From contig MU054323.1 in assembly GCA_013239625.1 (NCBI GenBank), positions 16,558,029 through 16,622,028 of the forward strand: a stretch of DNA of 64,000 bases, read 5' to 3'. Origin of the DNA: Lama guanicoe (Eukaryota). A program made the position numbers and the translations under genes. The notes below the pieces were generated by a model, which searched no databases, was not told the origin of the DNA, and saw only the letters and a program-made list of their open reading frames with translations. Each line of letters opens with the position of its first letter. Positions within the stretch are counted from its first letter, which is position 1. Of this stretch, positions 1 to 12,439 are shown one piece after another.

Positions 1-420
1 CTCCATGCGAATGGAACACTACTCAGCAATAAAAAGGAATGAACTCCATTATTACCTGTAATAGCATGAATCAATCTCAGAATAGTTCTGAGGAGTAAAG
101 AAGTCAGACAAAAAAGAGGCCATATTGTATAATAGTTCCAATCATATAAAATTCTAGAAAATGCGAAGTAATTAGAGTGACTGAAAGCAGATGACTGGCT
201 GGTTATCTGAGCATGGGGCTGTGGGCCAGAGAAGGGCAGGAGGAAGGGACAACAAGGGGCCATCAGGAAACTTTTGGGGTGATGACTGTGTTCATTATTG
301 ATTGTGGTGATAATCTTATGGCTGAAAACATATGTTAAAGTTTATCAGACTGTACATGTTGAATATGTGTAGTATATTGTACATTAATACCTGTCAATAA
401 AACTGTTTAAAAATGAAAAA
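1..420 (+). mobile_element. Ancient L1 3' end (L1MC/MD/ME-type)
   Basis: ATGGAACACTACTCAGCAATAAAAAGGAATGAAC, AAGAAGTCAGACAAAAAAGAG and AACTTTTGGGGTGATG are L1M 3'-end motifs; ends with AATAAA and an A-rich tail. Confidence 0.85.
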
Positions 421-432
421 GATATATATAGA

Positions 433-495
433 TAGCACTTAGCACTGTGCGTGGCATATGTTCTGCGCTCAGTAAATAGGGGCTATTTTTATCAT
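433..495 (+). mobile_element. MIR 3' tail fragment
   Basis: AGCACTTAGCACTGTGCGTGGCATATG...GCGCTCAGTAAAT matches the MIR 3' end. Confidence 0.7.
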
Positions 496-1299
496 TTTCA
501 CGCTGGGCTTCACTCGCACCAGTTTCCATAATTACAGGAGCTAAAGCCACAGAGGAGGCATCAGGAGCCTTTGCATTTGTGTCAGCAAAACACAGGGCGG
601 GGGTTTCAACCTCCTCTGAGGATCAGGCATCGAACAGTTAAAAAAATCTATTGTAAATGCCTGGATAAAAAGGGAATTTTGAGCTACTGTTTTAATCAGG
701 TGAAAGCCAATTTGATGCTTCACTATTTGAAACTTTCTGATTTTCTTGCCTCCTAAATTCAGTCTTCTGGTTACTGGGGAAACACATTTCCCCCCCTGAA
801 TCTGTATCTGTCCTCTAATCACCCAGGAACTGCAATGTCGATTTTGTTTCACACAGAAGAATTATAAAATTGATCAGAGAGGGTTCATGATAAAGACAGG
901 AATCCAAAGGTACCAGGAGGCCTAAGCAAGGACTTCTCAGGTCAGGCCAGCCCCTGGGCCAGGTGCCCCTGCCTTAGGGATGTCACCCACACCTGGTATT
1001 AGTTCTCATTCAGATTCTGAGTCTAAAGTGATGAGGAATTGACCTGTGTGTAGGAGGGGCCCCACCATGCAGACCTCTGTCCGTCCAGGACTTCTAGTGC
1101 ACTTAGGAAGCCATTGGCAGGGTTGGAATGCCTCAGAGAGGTGGAGATTTGCACCCCCTCAGAAATGTCAGAGAATAAGACCAGAGGTCAGGGAGGAAAG
1201 TGTGTCCAGGAGAGGTGTCCCAAAGCCCAGGTTAATCAGCTGATTGATGATTGACCCTGGGGAAAGGGTGAAGTCTGCAAAACACGGCTTTTAGTCTAC

Positions 1300-1395
1300 A
1301 AGCATTCATTTAGCAACTGTCACACACCAAGCACTATATTAAGCCATGGGGAAGCATTGGTGAACAGGAAACAGGAACTTGAAGTTCACTGGGAA
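1300..1395 (-). mobile_element. L2 3' end fragment
   Basis: CATTCATTTAGCAAC...CCAAGCACTATATTAAGCC...GTGAACAGG resembles an antisense L2 tail. Confidence 0.55.
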
Positions 1396-1874
1396 AATGG
1401 AGACTTAATGAACTCAAGTATCAGGCTCTCGCCAAGTGACCCCACACACATCCAGGGCACCCTTCTCCTTCCCAGAAATGTCCCTGCACCACCCAGCCTC
1501 TGGTTTCACATGAAGACCAGGTACCCAACTGCATTTCCATTCTTTGTAGACAGCATCCACGCTGCCCCAAATCCCTTTTCACTTGCACCTTCATCCCTTC
1601 AGTACTGTAAAATGCCTACTTGCTGGGGAAATTAGATCTATTGACTGATCACTCATGGATTCTGTGTTACCTTTTCCCAAAGGTGTTTGCTTTTACAAGG
1701 GGCCACCGGAGAAGACAGCCTTATCCCAAAGAATCATACTTTTGATGGTAGAATTTCTGTCACAGGGACAGAATGGTAAAGAAGATATCTTTAATAATGA
1801 CATTATTTTAATATTCCCTTCTTTGTCTAGTGACATTATTTTAATAGTCAATTTCACAACAATCATATGAAGTA

Positions 1875-2012
1875 GTTAATAATGTATAGATAAGGATATG
1901 AAATTCAGAAAATTCCAGTGTTTTACACAAGATCACACAGCTAGGAAATAACAAAAGTGAAACATGGAAGCAGGTTCTCTGACTCCAAAGCAGGGGTCTT
2001 TCCATTGTACCC
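1875..2012 (-). mobile_element. MIR
   Basis: CAAGATCACACAGCTAG...TCTGACTCCAAAGC is the antisense MIR core. Confidence 0.75.
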
Positions 2013-2839
2013 CAAGTGCTTCCCTTGGCAATTCCTTTGTGCACGTCTTCGGGCCATCAGCTGGCTTGAGCTGGGGTAGGGACAGGCTCCAATGGGACAG
2101 CAATATTTATGGGACTTTCCATAACTCAAACAGGTACCTTGGGAATTACTTTTAGTTTTCCTAGGTGGTCTGCCAAAAGTATTACCTCTTCTATTTTGCT
2201 CTGAACCTAGCTAGCTTAAGCTCCCTTCTAAAATTTTGAGGTGTTGAAAAGGAAGAGGATAGTGGCCAGTGGAATCATGCCAGTGTTCCCAGAGTCCGTG
2301 GGCATTGCTTATGGATTGGCCTGTCCTTCTCCCACCCCCCCTGACCAGGGATCAGCCTTGGTGGTTAAGAACTTCTCCTAGTGGTCCAGCAGCATGGGAA
2401 AAACATGGCCCGTCTGGTGGCCCTGGCCCAGCCCTGGCCATAAAAAGGGATTTCATGTCATTAGCAACTTCTCTTTCACAGTTCGTTAGCATGAAATGTC
2501 TTGGCAGCTGAAATGACAATGGGGACTCCCTCCTCACCAGTGATTTCACAGAGTGAGTCGGAAAACACCCCATCCTAAGAGCAGCCATGGTGCAGCTGTA
2601 TTTGCTGCTTTAATCTGTGGCTGTGACGCTAACAAGTTGAGATGCTGGAAAATGCTTGTAGCAGGGGTCAGCTGGCAACCAGATGACAAGTTGAAATTAA
2701 CTTCACACGGCAGGTCTAGTGGATAAACTGGCTGTGTCTGGATGCCTAGCTTTGTCCACATTACTAGAAGAAGGCTCCGCTACCAAGGCTGAGCTGGAGA
2801 TAGTGGGGTAAACTAAGGCACACTAGGGGGTTCCAGTGA

Positions 2840-2930
2840 AGTGTGTGTGGGATGTGTATGTGTGTGTATACACATATATTAAAAATACATATATATATAT
2901 ACATGTGTGTATATATACACATATGCACAG
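2840..2930. repeat. Compound (TG)/(TA)/(CA) microsatellite
   Basis: GTGTGTGTATACACATATAT...ATATATATATACATGTGTGTATATATACACAT seen directly. Confidence 0.85.
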
Positions 2931-3415
2931 AATATAAATAAAGAAATTTATTTTTACTCAATATTTGTTGTCTATCTAAAGAGGATAGAAAATACAATTA
3001 TATTAGCCCCCAAGCAAGTTGCTTTTGAGATCAGGACATGAAGTGCAAGTCTGTTTTCTAGGAGAATTGATCATTGTTTCACAAGTTAGGGCCAGAGTTG
3101 AAAATAATAGCTCCCAAGGCTATTTGAAATGTATACTCCATTAATGACAAAACAAAAACAGAGTGAGTGACCCTGTTGAGTAATTGAGTCTCTCTATTGA
3201 TACCTAGGGTAACATCTATGTGTGAAAATCGAGGCACTGAGCAACATTAAACCTAAAGGTTTGTTTTTCTTCTGCTTTGGGCCTATGATTTAATTACCAG
3301 CAATGGACAGGGTTCACTCCAGCCCCACCTCTACCTACTTACCAAGTAGAAATTAAAGGGTGGAGAGGAAGATGGTTTGGTGTAGAACTTTAACTCTGCT
3401 GTTTGCCGGGGGCAG

Positions 3416-3941
3416 TGTGGCAAGTATCCTCCCAGATGGCTGCCAGTGACCCTGAATCCTGGTGTTCACACTCACGTATAATTTCATCCCCTTGGTTATT
3501 AACTCATGTCTAGCAAATACAGAAAAGTGATGGGATGTCAATTCTGAGATTAGATCATAAAAAGATTGTGGCTTCCAGCTTGAGTGCAAACTCTCTCACT
3601 CTCATTCTCCCTCTCCCTCTCTCTCTGATCACTCTTTCTGGGGAGCCACATAGTGAGCAAGGTTGGAGGGAAAAGGACAGAGACCTGCCAATACCTATGT
3701 AAGTGAGCATGGAAGACGACCCCCTCCCCATTTCGTCCCCTCTCTGGCATTCAGATGAAACCACAGCCCTGGCCAACAGCTCGCCTGCAACCTCAGAGAG
3801 ACCCTGACCGAGAGACACACAGTGAATCTGTGCCCAGATTCCAGATCAACAGAAACTCTTATAAATGTTTGTTGTTTGAAGACACTAAGTTGAGGTGGGG
3901 TGGGATGGTCATTTGTTAAGCAAAAATAGAACACCAGTATA
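3416..3941 (+). mobile_element. MaLR solo LTR (MLT1E/F-like) with 5-bp TSD GGCAG
   Basis: Starts TGTGG; contains CAGATGAAACCACAGCCCTGGCCAACAGC...GCAACCTCAGAGAGACCCTGA and ATAAATGTTTGTTGTTTGAAGACACTAAGTT; GGCAG at 3411-3415 and 3942-3946. Confidence 0.9.
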
Positions 3942-4169
3942 GGCAGCAATGGGAGACAAGGTGATTCCCTCATTAACCACCGTGTGGATGGCCCAAGTCA
4001 TCACAGGACTCAGTGACCAGTAAAGATCTAAATGAATACTGATTTTGAGGGGGACTTTTTCTAACCTTGGGTAGTGGAATCACCACCTGTGACTCACCAC
4101 GCATACAGGGGACTCACCAGACACATTTCTACCACTGGTTAGAATAGTTTAAAAACAGTCCTGATCTAG

Positions 4170-4285
4170 AGGCAAGGGCCCCACCACAGACTTACTAAAA
4201 TAAGATCTCTAGGGTGGGACCTGGATCTGTATTTTTGGAAAATCATTCTGGTAATTCTGCTGTTTAGGTCATTTTGGAAATCCCT
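4170..4285. mobile_element. MER5-like hAT-Charlie MITE fragment
   Basis: GGGCCCCACCACAGACTTACTAAAATAAGATCTCTAGGGTGGGACCTGGATCTGTATTTTT resembles MER5A. Confidence 0.65.
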
Positions 4286-4587
4286 GGAATAAACAACCTC
4301 TCCAGGCTGTGTTCTATTATTGGATCACCATGATTCTCTGTGTTAAGGGAGTTTCACATCTAGTGCAAGTGATACCTAGCAGGTGAGCTTAGCAGACCTG
4401 AATGTTCTAAATGTGGGTGTCAGCAGCCTGTAGGACTCAGAAAGTTGAGGAGTATCACAAAGCTTACTTACATACCTAGTCTAATCTAAGTAGTAATGGA
4501 GATTCTAGCATAATTCCACAAATGGTTTGTTCTCTAGCAACTCAAACATCAATGATGTGTTGCTCAACTTATCTGCTTTCAGAGACA

Positions 4588-4710
4588 CTGTAGTGTGGGG
4601 AAGAAGACATTGGGATTGGAGCCAGAACTGGGGTTAAGTGCTGGCTCCTCTGCTTAGCAGCTGTGTGACCTTGGGCAAGTTAACTCATCTCTCTGAGCAC
4701 ACTTCCTTTA
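4588..4710 (+). mobile_element. MIR, 5' half (interrupted by L1)
   Basis: GCTGTGTGACCTTGGGCAAGTTAACTCATCTCTCTGAGC is the MIR core. Confidence 0.85.
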
Positions 4711-5455
4711 CACTTTAATTTATTTTTAAGAAACTTGTTGTGGTGGTTTTTTTTTTCTGGCTACAAAAGTAATATAGCCTCCTTCTAAAAATACAGAACA
4801 TACAGAAAAGTATTTTTAAAATGCAAATTATACACAACCCAGAAACCTCTGATTACTACAGTTCTGTTTCCGCCAATCTAGTGTAAATGGATTTACATAC
4901 ATGTTTTTATAGAACTATGATCATGCTATTATGTAAGACTTTCACCCTGCTTTTTCACTTAACTTTGTATTCTGAACGGTTTCTCACATCATTACAAGTT
5001 CTTCAAAGATCTCACTCCCAGGGGCTCTATAGCACCCCCTTGTGTAGGTGTATGATTCTGTGGTTAAACATTTCAATTATTTGCAAGTTTTTACCTTTGT
5101 AAAGAATAATATGAGAAGCATCCTAGTATACAGTATTTGTCCACATTTCCTATTACTTCCTTAGAAAGAACTCTCAGAAATGAAACTACTGCATCCAAAG
5201 GTTTGAATATGTGTAAAGGTTCTGATACATGCTGCAAATTGCTCTTCAGAAAGGAGCAATGTGTACTTCCACCAGTAGAAAGAGAATTTCCATCTCAACG
5301 CAACTTTGCCAGCATAAATATTATTTTAAAATATTTCTAATTTGATGATTTACAGGTCTTTGTTGGTTGGATAGTCAAAATACGCTTTCTTGTTTTCAGG
5401 TGTACTTCTTATATTGCTAGTAAGATCAAGCTCTTTTCCTACACTTAATACTTCT
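4711..5455 (-). mobile_element. Ancient L1 (L1ME-type) 3' region
   Basis: TACAAAAGTAATATAG, CCTGCTTTTTCACTTAAC, ATTACTTCCTTAGAAAGAACTCTCAGAAATGAAACTACTGCATCCAAAGG and TGCAAATTGCTCTTCAGAAAG are antisense L1ME motifs. Confidence 0.75.
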
Positions 5456-5457
5456 TT

Positions 5458-5545
5458 GGTAAAATGAGAGTGATGTTCCTTACCCATACCATAGGGTTAT
5501 TGGGGAAATTTATAAAGTGGTGATTGTGAATACTTTTTATAAATG
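5458..5545 (+). mobile_element. MIR, 3' half
   Basis: GTAAAATGAGAGTGATG...CCATAGGGTTATTGGGG continues the MIR consensus where 4588-4710 stops. Confidence 0.7.
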
Positions 5546-6124
5546 TAGTGATACAGTATATTTAAATAAATCCTATGGTCTCAATGTAGTTGAGAGCTAT
5601 TTTATATGTAGACAAATCAATCTGTCATAAGGCTGTGGGATCAAGGGTAAGCCCCATGCATTTCAGAGTTCAGTCGCATTAACAGCTGTAATAAAGGAGT
5701 CCTCATATACAGCAAACAGACCCATGCCCTCCTGCACGGCTGTCTCCATACGCTCACTCTTGGTAATGGGAGGGGGTGGGGGAGGAGTGATTTGGTTGGT
5801 TGTATGTTTGTTAACAGCAGCTCTCCATAGCCACTTCCTCTTCCTCCACCGGCCATGTCCCTGAGTCACTGCTCAAATGTGGGTCACAGCAGCTGTAGGC
5901 TCTCCTATAGTAAGGACCAAGACTCTGCCCCTTTCCACATGCCCTGAGAACTGGTCTGCCTAGATGTACAAACTGCTTGATTTCAATATACATAATGATG
6001 ATGAGCACCAAAAGAAAACCACAGTTTGTAGAATTTCTGTATTAAGTGGATAATGTATGTATTATTGCTTATTTAGTTTGATTCTCTCACTTATTTGAAA
6101 AAGAAGATTAAGAAATAAAACCAA

Positions 6125-6220
6125 GGGGGGTGGTGTTCAACTCAGTGGTAGAGCACATGCTTAATATGCATGAGGTCCTAGATTCAATCCCCAGTTTAAA
6201 AAAAAAAAAAGGAAGAAAGA
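6125..6220 (+). mobile_element. tRNA-Ala-derived SINE (camelid Vic-1-like)
   Basis: Degenerate A box CTCAGTGG and B box GATTCAATCC, then poly(A). Imperfect TSD AAGAAATAAAACCA (6110-6123) / AAGAAAGAAAAACCA (6217-6231) after a TT|AAGA endonuclease site. Confidence 0.85.
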
Positions 6221-7375
6221 AAGAAAAACCATTATGATAGAGGCCTGAAAATATTGCGAGATTTTTTTTCAACAAATTCAACATAAAGCAACTAACATGT
6301 TAAATAATATGTGGAGAATATGTGGGTTTCAAAGTAGAAATATGGTTGATTTAAAATATAATCAACATTCAGTCAGACTATAACTTTGCCTCCAGAGGCC
6401 TGGAATTCAGCCTTGCCTTTTTTCCAAGAACTCTGTCCTTTGTGCCTGGTGACTACAAGTTCCTAAGTGGAAGTCGTGAGGGTAGAATCTGTTCTTTCTT
6501 ATTTATAATTAAAAAAATTAAAAAGGGTGTTTGGGGACCACTTGTACAAGTGCCTATAAATCTACAGTAAGGAATTTTGCCTTAGTAGCCCTAAATAGAC
6601 TATCCCTTTTTCTCTAAATTTATGGAAGAACTTTAAAGGCATTTTGTGTACATAGTCACACAGTCTATGCTTTAATTCAATGGGACTTTTGGCAGAGTAT
6701 GGACTACAAAGTTAGATATTTGGGATTCAATTCTCTTTGGTGTGTATTTCCCAGACCCAACTTCATTTTATTTATACAACCTCATGGTGTCTCTATAAAC
6801 TTGTTCTTTCTCATCATCTACTGAAATAAATAGTGGTTGCAAAGGAAAGAAAAAATTAATCTCCTAAACTTTTTCAATGAGAGAGCTGTCATTTTGTCCA
6901 GAAGGGTAGCTCAGTTATCACAGCTGTCATTCTGATGACCAGAATCTGCAGTCCCCTTGAAGTCAGGGTCTCTACAATGCCCAGCAAGCATTTGCCAAGG
7001 AAGCTTGCATCAATTGTCCCACATACCACCTGGGGTTTGTAGAACTGAAGCAGATTGAATCAGGGTGGCACTGGGCTTACCACAGAGCAGTGTTCTTCCA
7101 GCTCATGGCCGCCTTGGAACAGTCATTACTATTGAGAAGAGAGGGCACAACCAGATGAACCACAATGGAGAAGAAGTCCTCAAGGAACTCACCAGTTTGG
7201 AGACAGCCATTTCTGAACTTCAGGTCCTGTGTATGGCAACACCAAATGCTTTGGAGTGGGATTAACTCAAGGAAAGGCCTGTATGACTACCTAGCATCCT
7301 CCTTGCTGCAAGTTCTCCGGCCAGTGCAGAGCTCCCACTTTATTATTAGAAATACTATTACTCTATGAAAGATAC

Positions 7376-7615
7376 AGTAATAATAACCAGTGTTCATGGG
7401 AGTTTACTAAATGCCAGACATTGGGAGAAGTGCTTTACCCATATTGTCTCATTTAATCTTCACAATGCCTCAGCGAGTTAGCTGTCATTAATTAGCACGC
7501 CTTAGAGGCTTGGAGACTGGGTCTGAGAGGTTAGATAACATGTCCAGGTATTTGCCTAGGAATGAGCTCAGCCAGAATTCAAACAGGCAGTCAGGTCCCA
7601 GAGTCCACCTTCCTC
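7376..7615 (-). mobile_element. MIR, near full length
   Basis: GTGCTTTACCCATATTGTCTCATTTAATCTTCACAA...GAGAGGTTAGATAACATGTCC...CAGAATTCAAACAGGCAGTC. Confidence 0.85.
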
Positions 7616-8634
7616 ATGATCATGATGACTGCAAGTAGGACAGTGTGCTGGCCTTAGACAGTCAACGGTCTCAAGACAAGTCTCAGTGTCCCTCACTTCC
7701 TATCGGAGAGTGAAGGCAAAAGGCATCCAGCCTGTAGGGGATGAGATGAGCTGCAGGTACCAGGTCAGCAGGGCTTTGTGTCGAGTCTTTCAGCGCATCG
7801 TCAGGCACGTAAATGCCCTCTTTCTAAAGCTGTGACTGGGACGAGAAGGCAAAACAGAAAGAAATACAAGTGCAGTATTTCTTTCCTTACTTGTCACAAA
7901 CGGAAGGTTCTGTGAAAAGTTGAGAAATAGATCATCCAGGGCAAAAATCAACAAATTTCATGTCTAGGATTAAAGACCAGAATCCTCTAGAGGGACTTCA
8001 AAGAATTTGCCCAAAGCCCCATGTCTCTCTTTTCTTTACGGAAGTAAACTTAGTCTTCCATGCCCCTTTGCAGCTAGGTTCTCTCTGCAGCAGACTGTTC
8101 CCTGGGAAACATTTTGGGAAATGAAAGTTATTTTTCAGGTGGCCAGGAACAGAGAAATCTAAAATCTTATAGCTTCCATCAATTTAGTTGTTTCACTGTG
8201 ATGACAGATCAGACGAGGTCTCTGCAGGCACCAACTCCTCTCTCTGACTTTCACACTATGATTCAGTTCACTTTTCCTCCTGGAGATTTCTCTCTCATAC
8301 ACATGTACCATGAGTTTCCTCTTAGCTCATCATCTCTCATTTGCAAAGTCAGTCTCCCTTCCTCATCCCTTCTTACTCCATTTGTGAACCTAAGAGTGAC
8401 GCTCGTAATTCATGACTCCAAATCATAAGTGGTGCTAGACACACATCTGTGTCAAGGAACAATGTAGCTATGGAAGTAAAATTTAAATAATATAAAACTG
8501 AGACTATCAACTTTTAGAGTTCTGGAACCATCCACTGAGCCCCTTTGGAATCTCCCTTTACAAATAACCTAGGATCACATTACAGAATCTCCAGTTTGGA
8601 AAAGATCATAGAGGTAATGGGACCTGTTTGCATG

Positions 8635-8756
8635 CATTCTCTGTCATTTACATCTGCAAAGACCCTTTCTCCAAGTAATAAGGCCACATTCATAGGTTCT
8701 TGGGGTTAGGGGGCGCTCATATCTTTTGTGGGGAGGGGGCACCATTTAACCCACTG
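8635..8756 (-). mobile_element. MaLR LTR fragment (MLT1B/D-like 5' end)
   Basis: TTACATCTGCAAAGACCCTTTCTCCAAGTAATAAGGCCACATTCATAGGTTCTTGGGGTTAGG. Confidence 0.8.
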
Positions 8757-11555
8757 TGGCTGAGCCGCTGGGATCCAGTCAGGCAGTCCAGCTCCAGAAC
8801 ACGGCCTCGTAGCCATTATGCTACCCTCTCTCACACTCTGACTTTTCACAGGTGTCAAGAAAATGCCTGCCAAATTAATCTGAGCTTTTCACAGATCATC
8901 ACGAGGCTGAAGGGCTCGTCTTTCTTCATTGATATTCTGTCCTTGTTCCCTAAAGGCAGCAAGCACATAAAGTCGACACTGTCCCACGCACACCCTGATA
9001 GAGGAGGGAGGGAAAACAGCGTATGGGGTTCCTTTTTAAAGAGGACTGAATTAAACTTTGCAAATGTCAAAACCTTATATATTTAAAAAATTTCAAGCAC
9101 AAGTATAAAATCTCCTTGCCTCAAAAACCACAGTTGACAAAACCACCATTGACAAAGAATTACTACACACGCAGTGAAAATCTGACAAGACACAGGGATA
9201 GTTCAAGATATGGTGTTAGGTCGTTACCCAGATGCCTGAAGAGTGGGGAGTTCTACCATTGTCCCTTTGTGATGAGGGAAAACAGATTTTTAAATGAAGC
9301 CCGCAGCTTAAGTGTAGAAACTTAAAGCTGTAAATAATCAATATTGTCATTTAAAGGGCGAGCTTTATTTCTTCTGAGGTAAAGCAATGAGCCTAGGCAG
9401 AGCACTCCCTCTACCAGACATGATTTGAAACAGCTGAAAAATAAACGTCTGACCATAAGATTTTAGGACAGAAACACTGCCAGAGCTCTAAGTGTCTTTG
9501 AGAATAATAAAAAGAAAGTAAACAATGCCAAAGGCCAGACGAACAAAAGGAAAATTCTTACTTCATTTGTTCGAGTCAAATACCGTAGAAAAAAAAAATC
9601 TGTGCTTAAGCAGTTCTTCTGGGGTCCAAATTCCTGCCCCACGTGCATCGTTCTGTTTAAGCTCCGTGCTTTCATAATGTCATTAAATGGCTTTCGCTGC
9701 TGGATGGGGCCAAGACGGTTTTCAATCTAAAGCCAGTGAGAGCCTCCAGGCAGATTCTGAGGGCCTTTACCACCTGAGCCTGGCCATCTGGGGTCTTCCT
9801 TTCACTGTTGTGACATTGTCTTGGCATCTGACCCCTATGGGAGAGCGGAGTCCATGAGCGGAATCCTCATGCCTTCAGCCACATCAGTTAGCTGAGAGCA
9901 TGCCATGAAGCAGAGGTGCGGGTAATAGAAAACAACAGATCACAAGAAAATCCTCTGGATTAGGCATCGCTAACAAGAAGCTCGTTTTGTCAGACACCCA
10001 GAGCTGCATTATGAACAAGCTAGAAGCTAACTGGGCAATGAGGGGATGAAGAATGGGCGAGTAACAGACTGAGTTGTTGCTTCTTAACTGAGGCTTGACT
10101 GTATTAACAAGCATGCAGTGATTCACTGACTAGCACCAGAATTTTACCAGCTGCCCCGAAGCTTGCCCATGAACACTGTCCCAGGGGCACATGTTAGGAT
10201 GAGGTCCTTCTGATAACTTCTCCTTTGGATGGCATCCAGAGGGCCACGTGCCCTGTGGAATTTCACATTGTAACCGGGCATGCTTCAGAGAGATTCCAGA
10301 GCAGTGATGATATTAGTTATTTAGGCTGAAGGTTATCTGCTCGTCCTCCTCCAGATCTCTTTAAGCCCTTAAGGGAAGGCACCTCGTTAGTGTCAGATGA
10401 CGGGAGTCTGGTTCCCTTTTCTAGTAGGAGCTACTCATGTCGTACATACTCTGGAAGATCTGGAAAGCCTTTTCTTTTGGCCTCTAGTTAGGAAAGGAGG
10501 CATCTGAAGCCTGGACTTACCACTCACCTTGGTGCTATTCATGGATGCTCTTGGGGAAAATATTTAAAAATCTCCTTATAGCTCTTGTGATTAATACTGA
10601 AGCTCTGGTTGCCAGTTGTGAATTACAAATGGTTTATTATTATTTTAAGAAAAAGCTAATGCTTTATAATGAGGATTAGAGTACAATAGTGAGATAATAT
10701 AGACGGGGTAAGAATTTGTAGTATTTTCTTGTTTCTTTCATTCTGTGCAGAACCAGCTAGGGGAAAATGACATTTTAAAGGGAACTGATGAGATTTATTT
10801 AAGAAGTCAGTACATAGCATCTCTCTTTCCTCCATCCAAATTCTGAACTAAGAGATGAACAAGGAATAATGCAGAGGGTGGTTAAAATATCACCTTGGTT
10901 AATGAGAACAGCTAAGATGTGCGGTGTGGCTAGCTCTGTGCCCTGAATTAGGAAGCATTGCCTCACGCCATGGACAGTCTTTGAAGACTTAGGTCTCCCC
11001 CTGAGAGACCCTGTAGAACAAGACATAGCAGAACAGACTGTGAGCTTTCCAGGGGAAGCTGGCTTCTAATGGGAAGGGAGAGAGAGAGGACCTGGACCAC
11101 ACATGTGAATTCCCTTCCCTTAGTCACCACCCGGAATGCCACCTCTGGGGCATTAGTGGTAAGGCAAGAAGTAAGGCAGGTTCAGGGAAAATCTCTGTTC
11201 CTGGAAACCAGAGAGGAGGGAGAAAGTGTTCACCCATCAACAGGAACTTAAGTGGTTAAATTTATCTTCTTGAAACAAACAATCCATGTAAATATTTGCA
11301 GCCAGAATGAATTTCTAGTTGTGTTCTTTGGATGATTTCTCCAATGGAGGCCTGTAACATGTGGGGAATTTTCACCAAGACCAGAGTCCTTATGGGTCCA
11401 GAAATTCATCTACCTCTAAAGGATTCTAAGATTTGTATTTGCTTCCACAAGCCATTCAAACAGTCAACTCCAATCTGCCATGGATACATCCCATGAAGGC
11501 AGCCCTAAACCTGAGTTTGATTTATTTGGAGTCTGACATTTTTCATTATGAACAT

Positions 11556-11731
11556 CAGTGATTCACACCCCAACTGCACTTAGAGTCACCTGGGGAGAGC
11601 TTTTAAAAATGACTGATGACCTGGCCTTTCCTCAAACCAAGAACACTGGAAACTCTGGGGGCGAGCCTGGCATGGGTAGTGACAAAGCTCTCCAGGTGAT
11701 TCTAATACGCAGTTTGGCTAGAGAACCACTA
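11556..11731. mobile_element. MER5A hAT-Charlie MITE
   Basis: TIR-like ends CAGTGATTC / GAGAACCACT; internal TTAGAGTCACCTGGGGAG and CTCCAGGTGATTCTAA. Confidence 0.85.
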
Positions 11732-11799
11732 ATGTTGATGATTTCCCTTCATCAGGATTGGGAATCGCTGCTGCTCAGGTTGGCAGAATTCTGAAGCAG

Positions 11800-11915
11800 G
11801 CAATATAGGCTTATGGTTAAAAGTGTTTTTGCTCTGGTGCCAGGCAGTCTGGGTTTGAATCCTGATTCCCCTCCTTACTGGGAACTGGTGAGGGTCTTTA
11901 AACATTCTTAGTCTC
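11800..11915 (+). mobile_element. MIR 5' part
   Basis: TGGTTAAAAGTG...CTCTGGTGCCAGGCAGTCTGGGTTTGAATCCTG. Confidence 0.75.
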
Positions 11916-12439
11916 TTCAAGGTGACCAAGGACATCCATAAAAAGAATCTTGCTCCAGTGAGTATAGCTGTGCAGCCTTGGTCTTCAGCATTTATGGTAG
12001 TGAACCCCAGAGGGCTTCTTCTGTTTGATCCATCACCCCTTCGTGTTTGTTGCAAATGGCAACAGAGCACAGCTCTGCCATGTGACGCTTAGGATGTGCT
12101 CCATGCCATGGAGTCCCTATGTCTTAGTTTCTGGAGCAATTGAAATAGAAGGTGCTGGGCTTCCCTTGTCAAAAAAATTCCCCTTTCACTCACTGTCCCG
12201 TGGTATAAACTTCTCTTTGGCTTATTAAATTCTTAATATTTACATTATTAATTCCTATTAGTTGAACTTTTAGACACTCACATGCATAGCTATTGGTCCG
12301 TGTCATGGCTCTCCAGCCTGTAAGGACCATGTCTTCTTGCTCCTATCTTCAGAAAATCACACACTCATTATTTAATAAATAGTTCTGGATTATGAGAGTA
12401 ATTATGGTCTTGGAAGAATTCTGTCTATACAACCAAGAA

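Noticed and set aside
6125..6200. tRNA-Ala gene
   Set aside because: The acceptor stem and boxes are degenerate and the sequence is followed by poly(A) and a TSD, so it is a SINE.
7065..7265. ORF with coiled-coil-like EEVLKELTSLETAISELQVL
   Set aside because: GTG start, 66 aa, no recognisable family and no good plus-strand donor. BLASTp would settle it.
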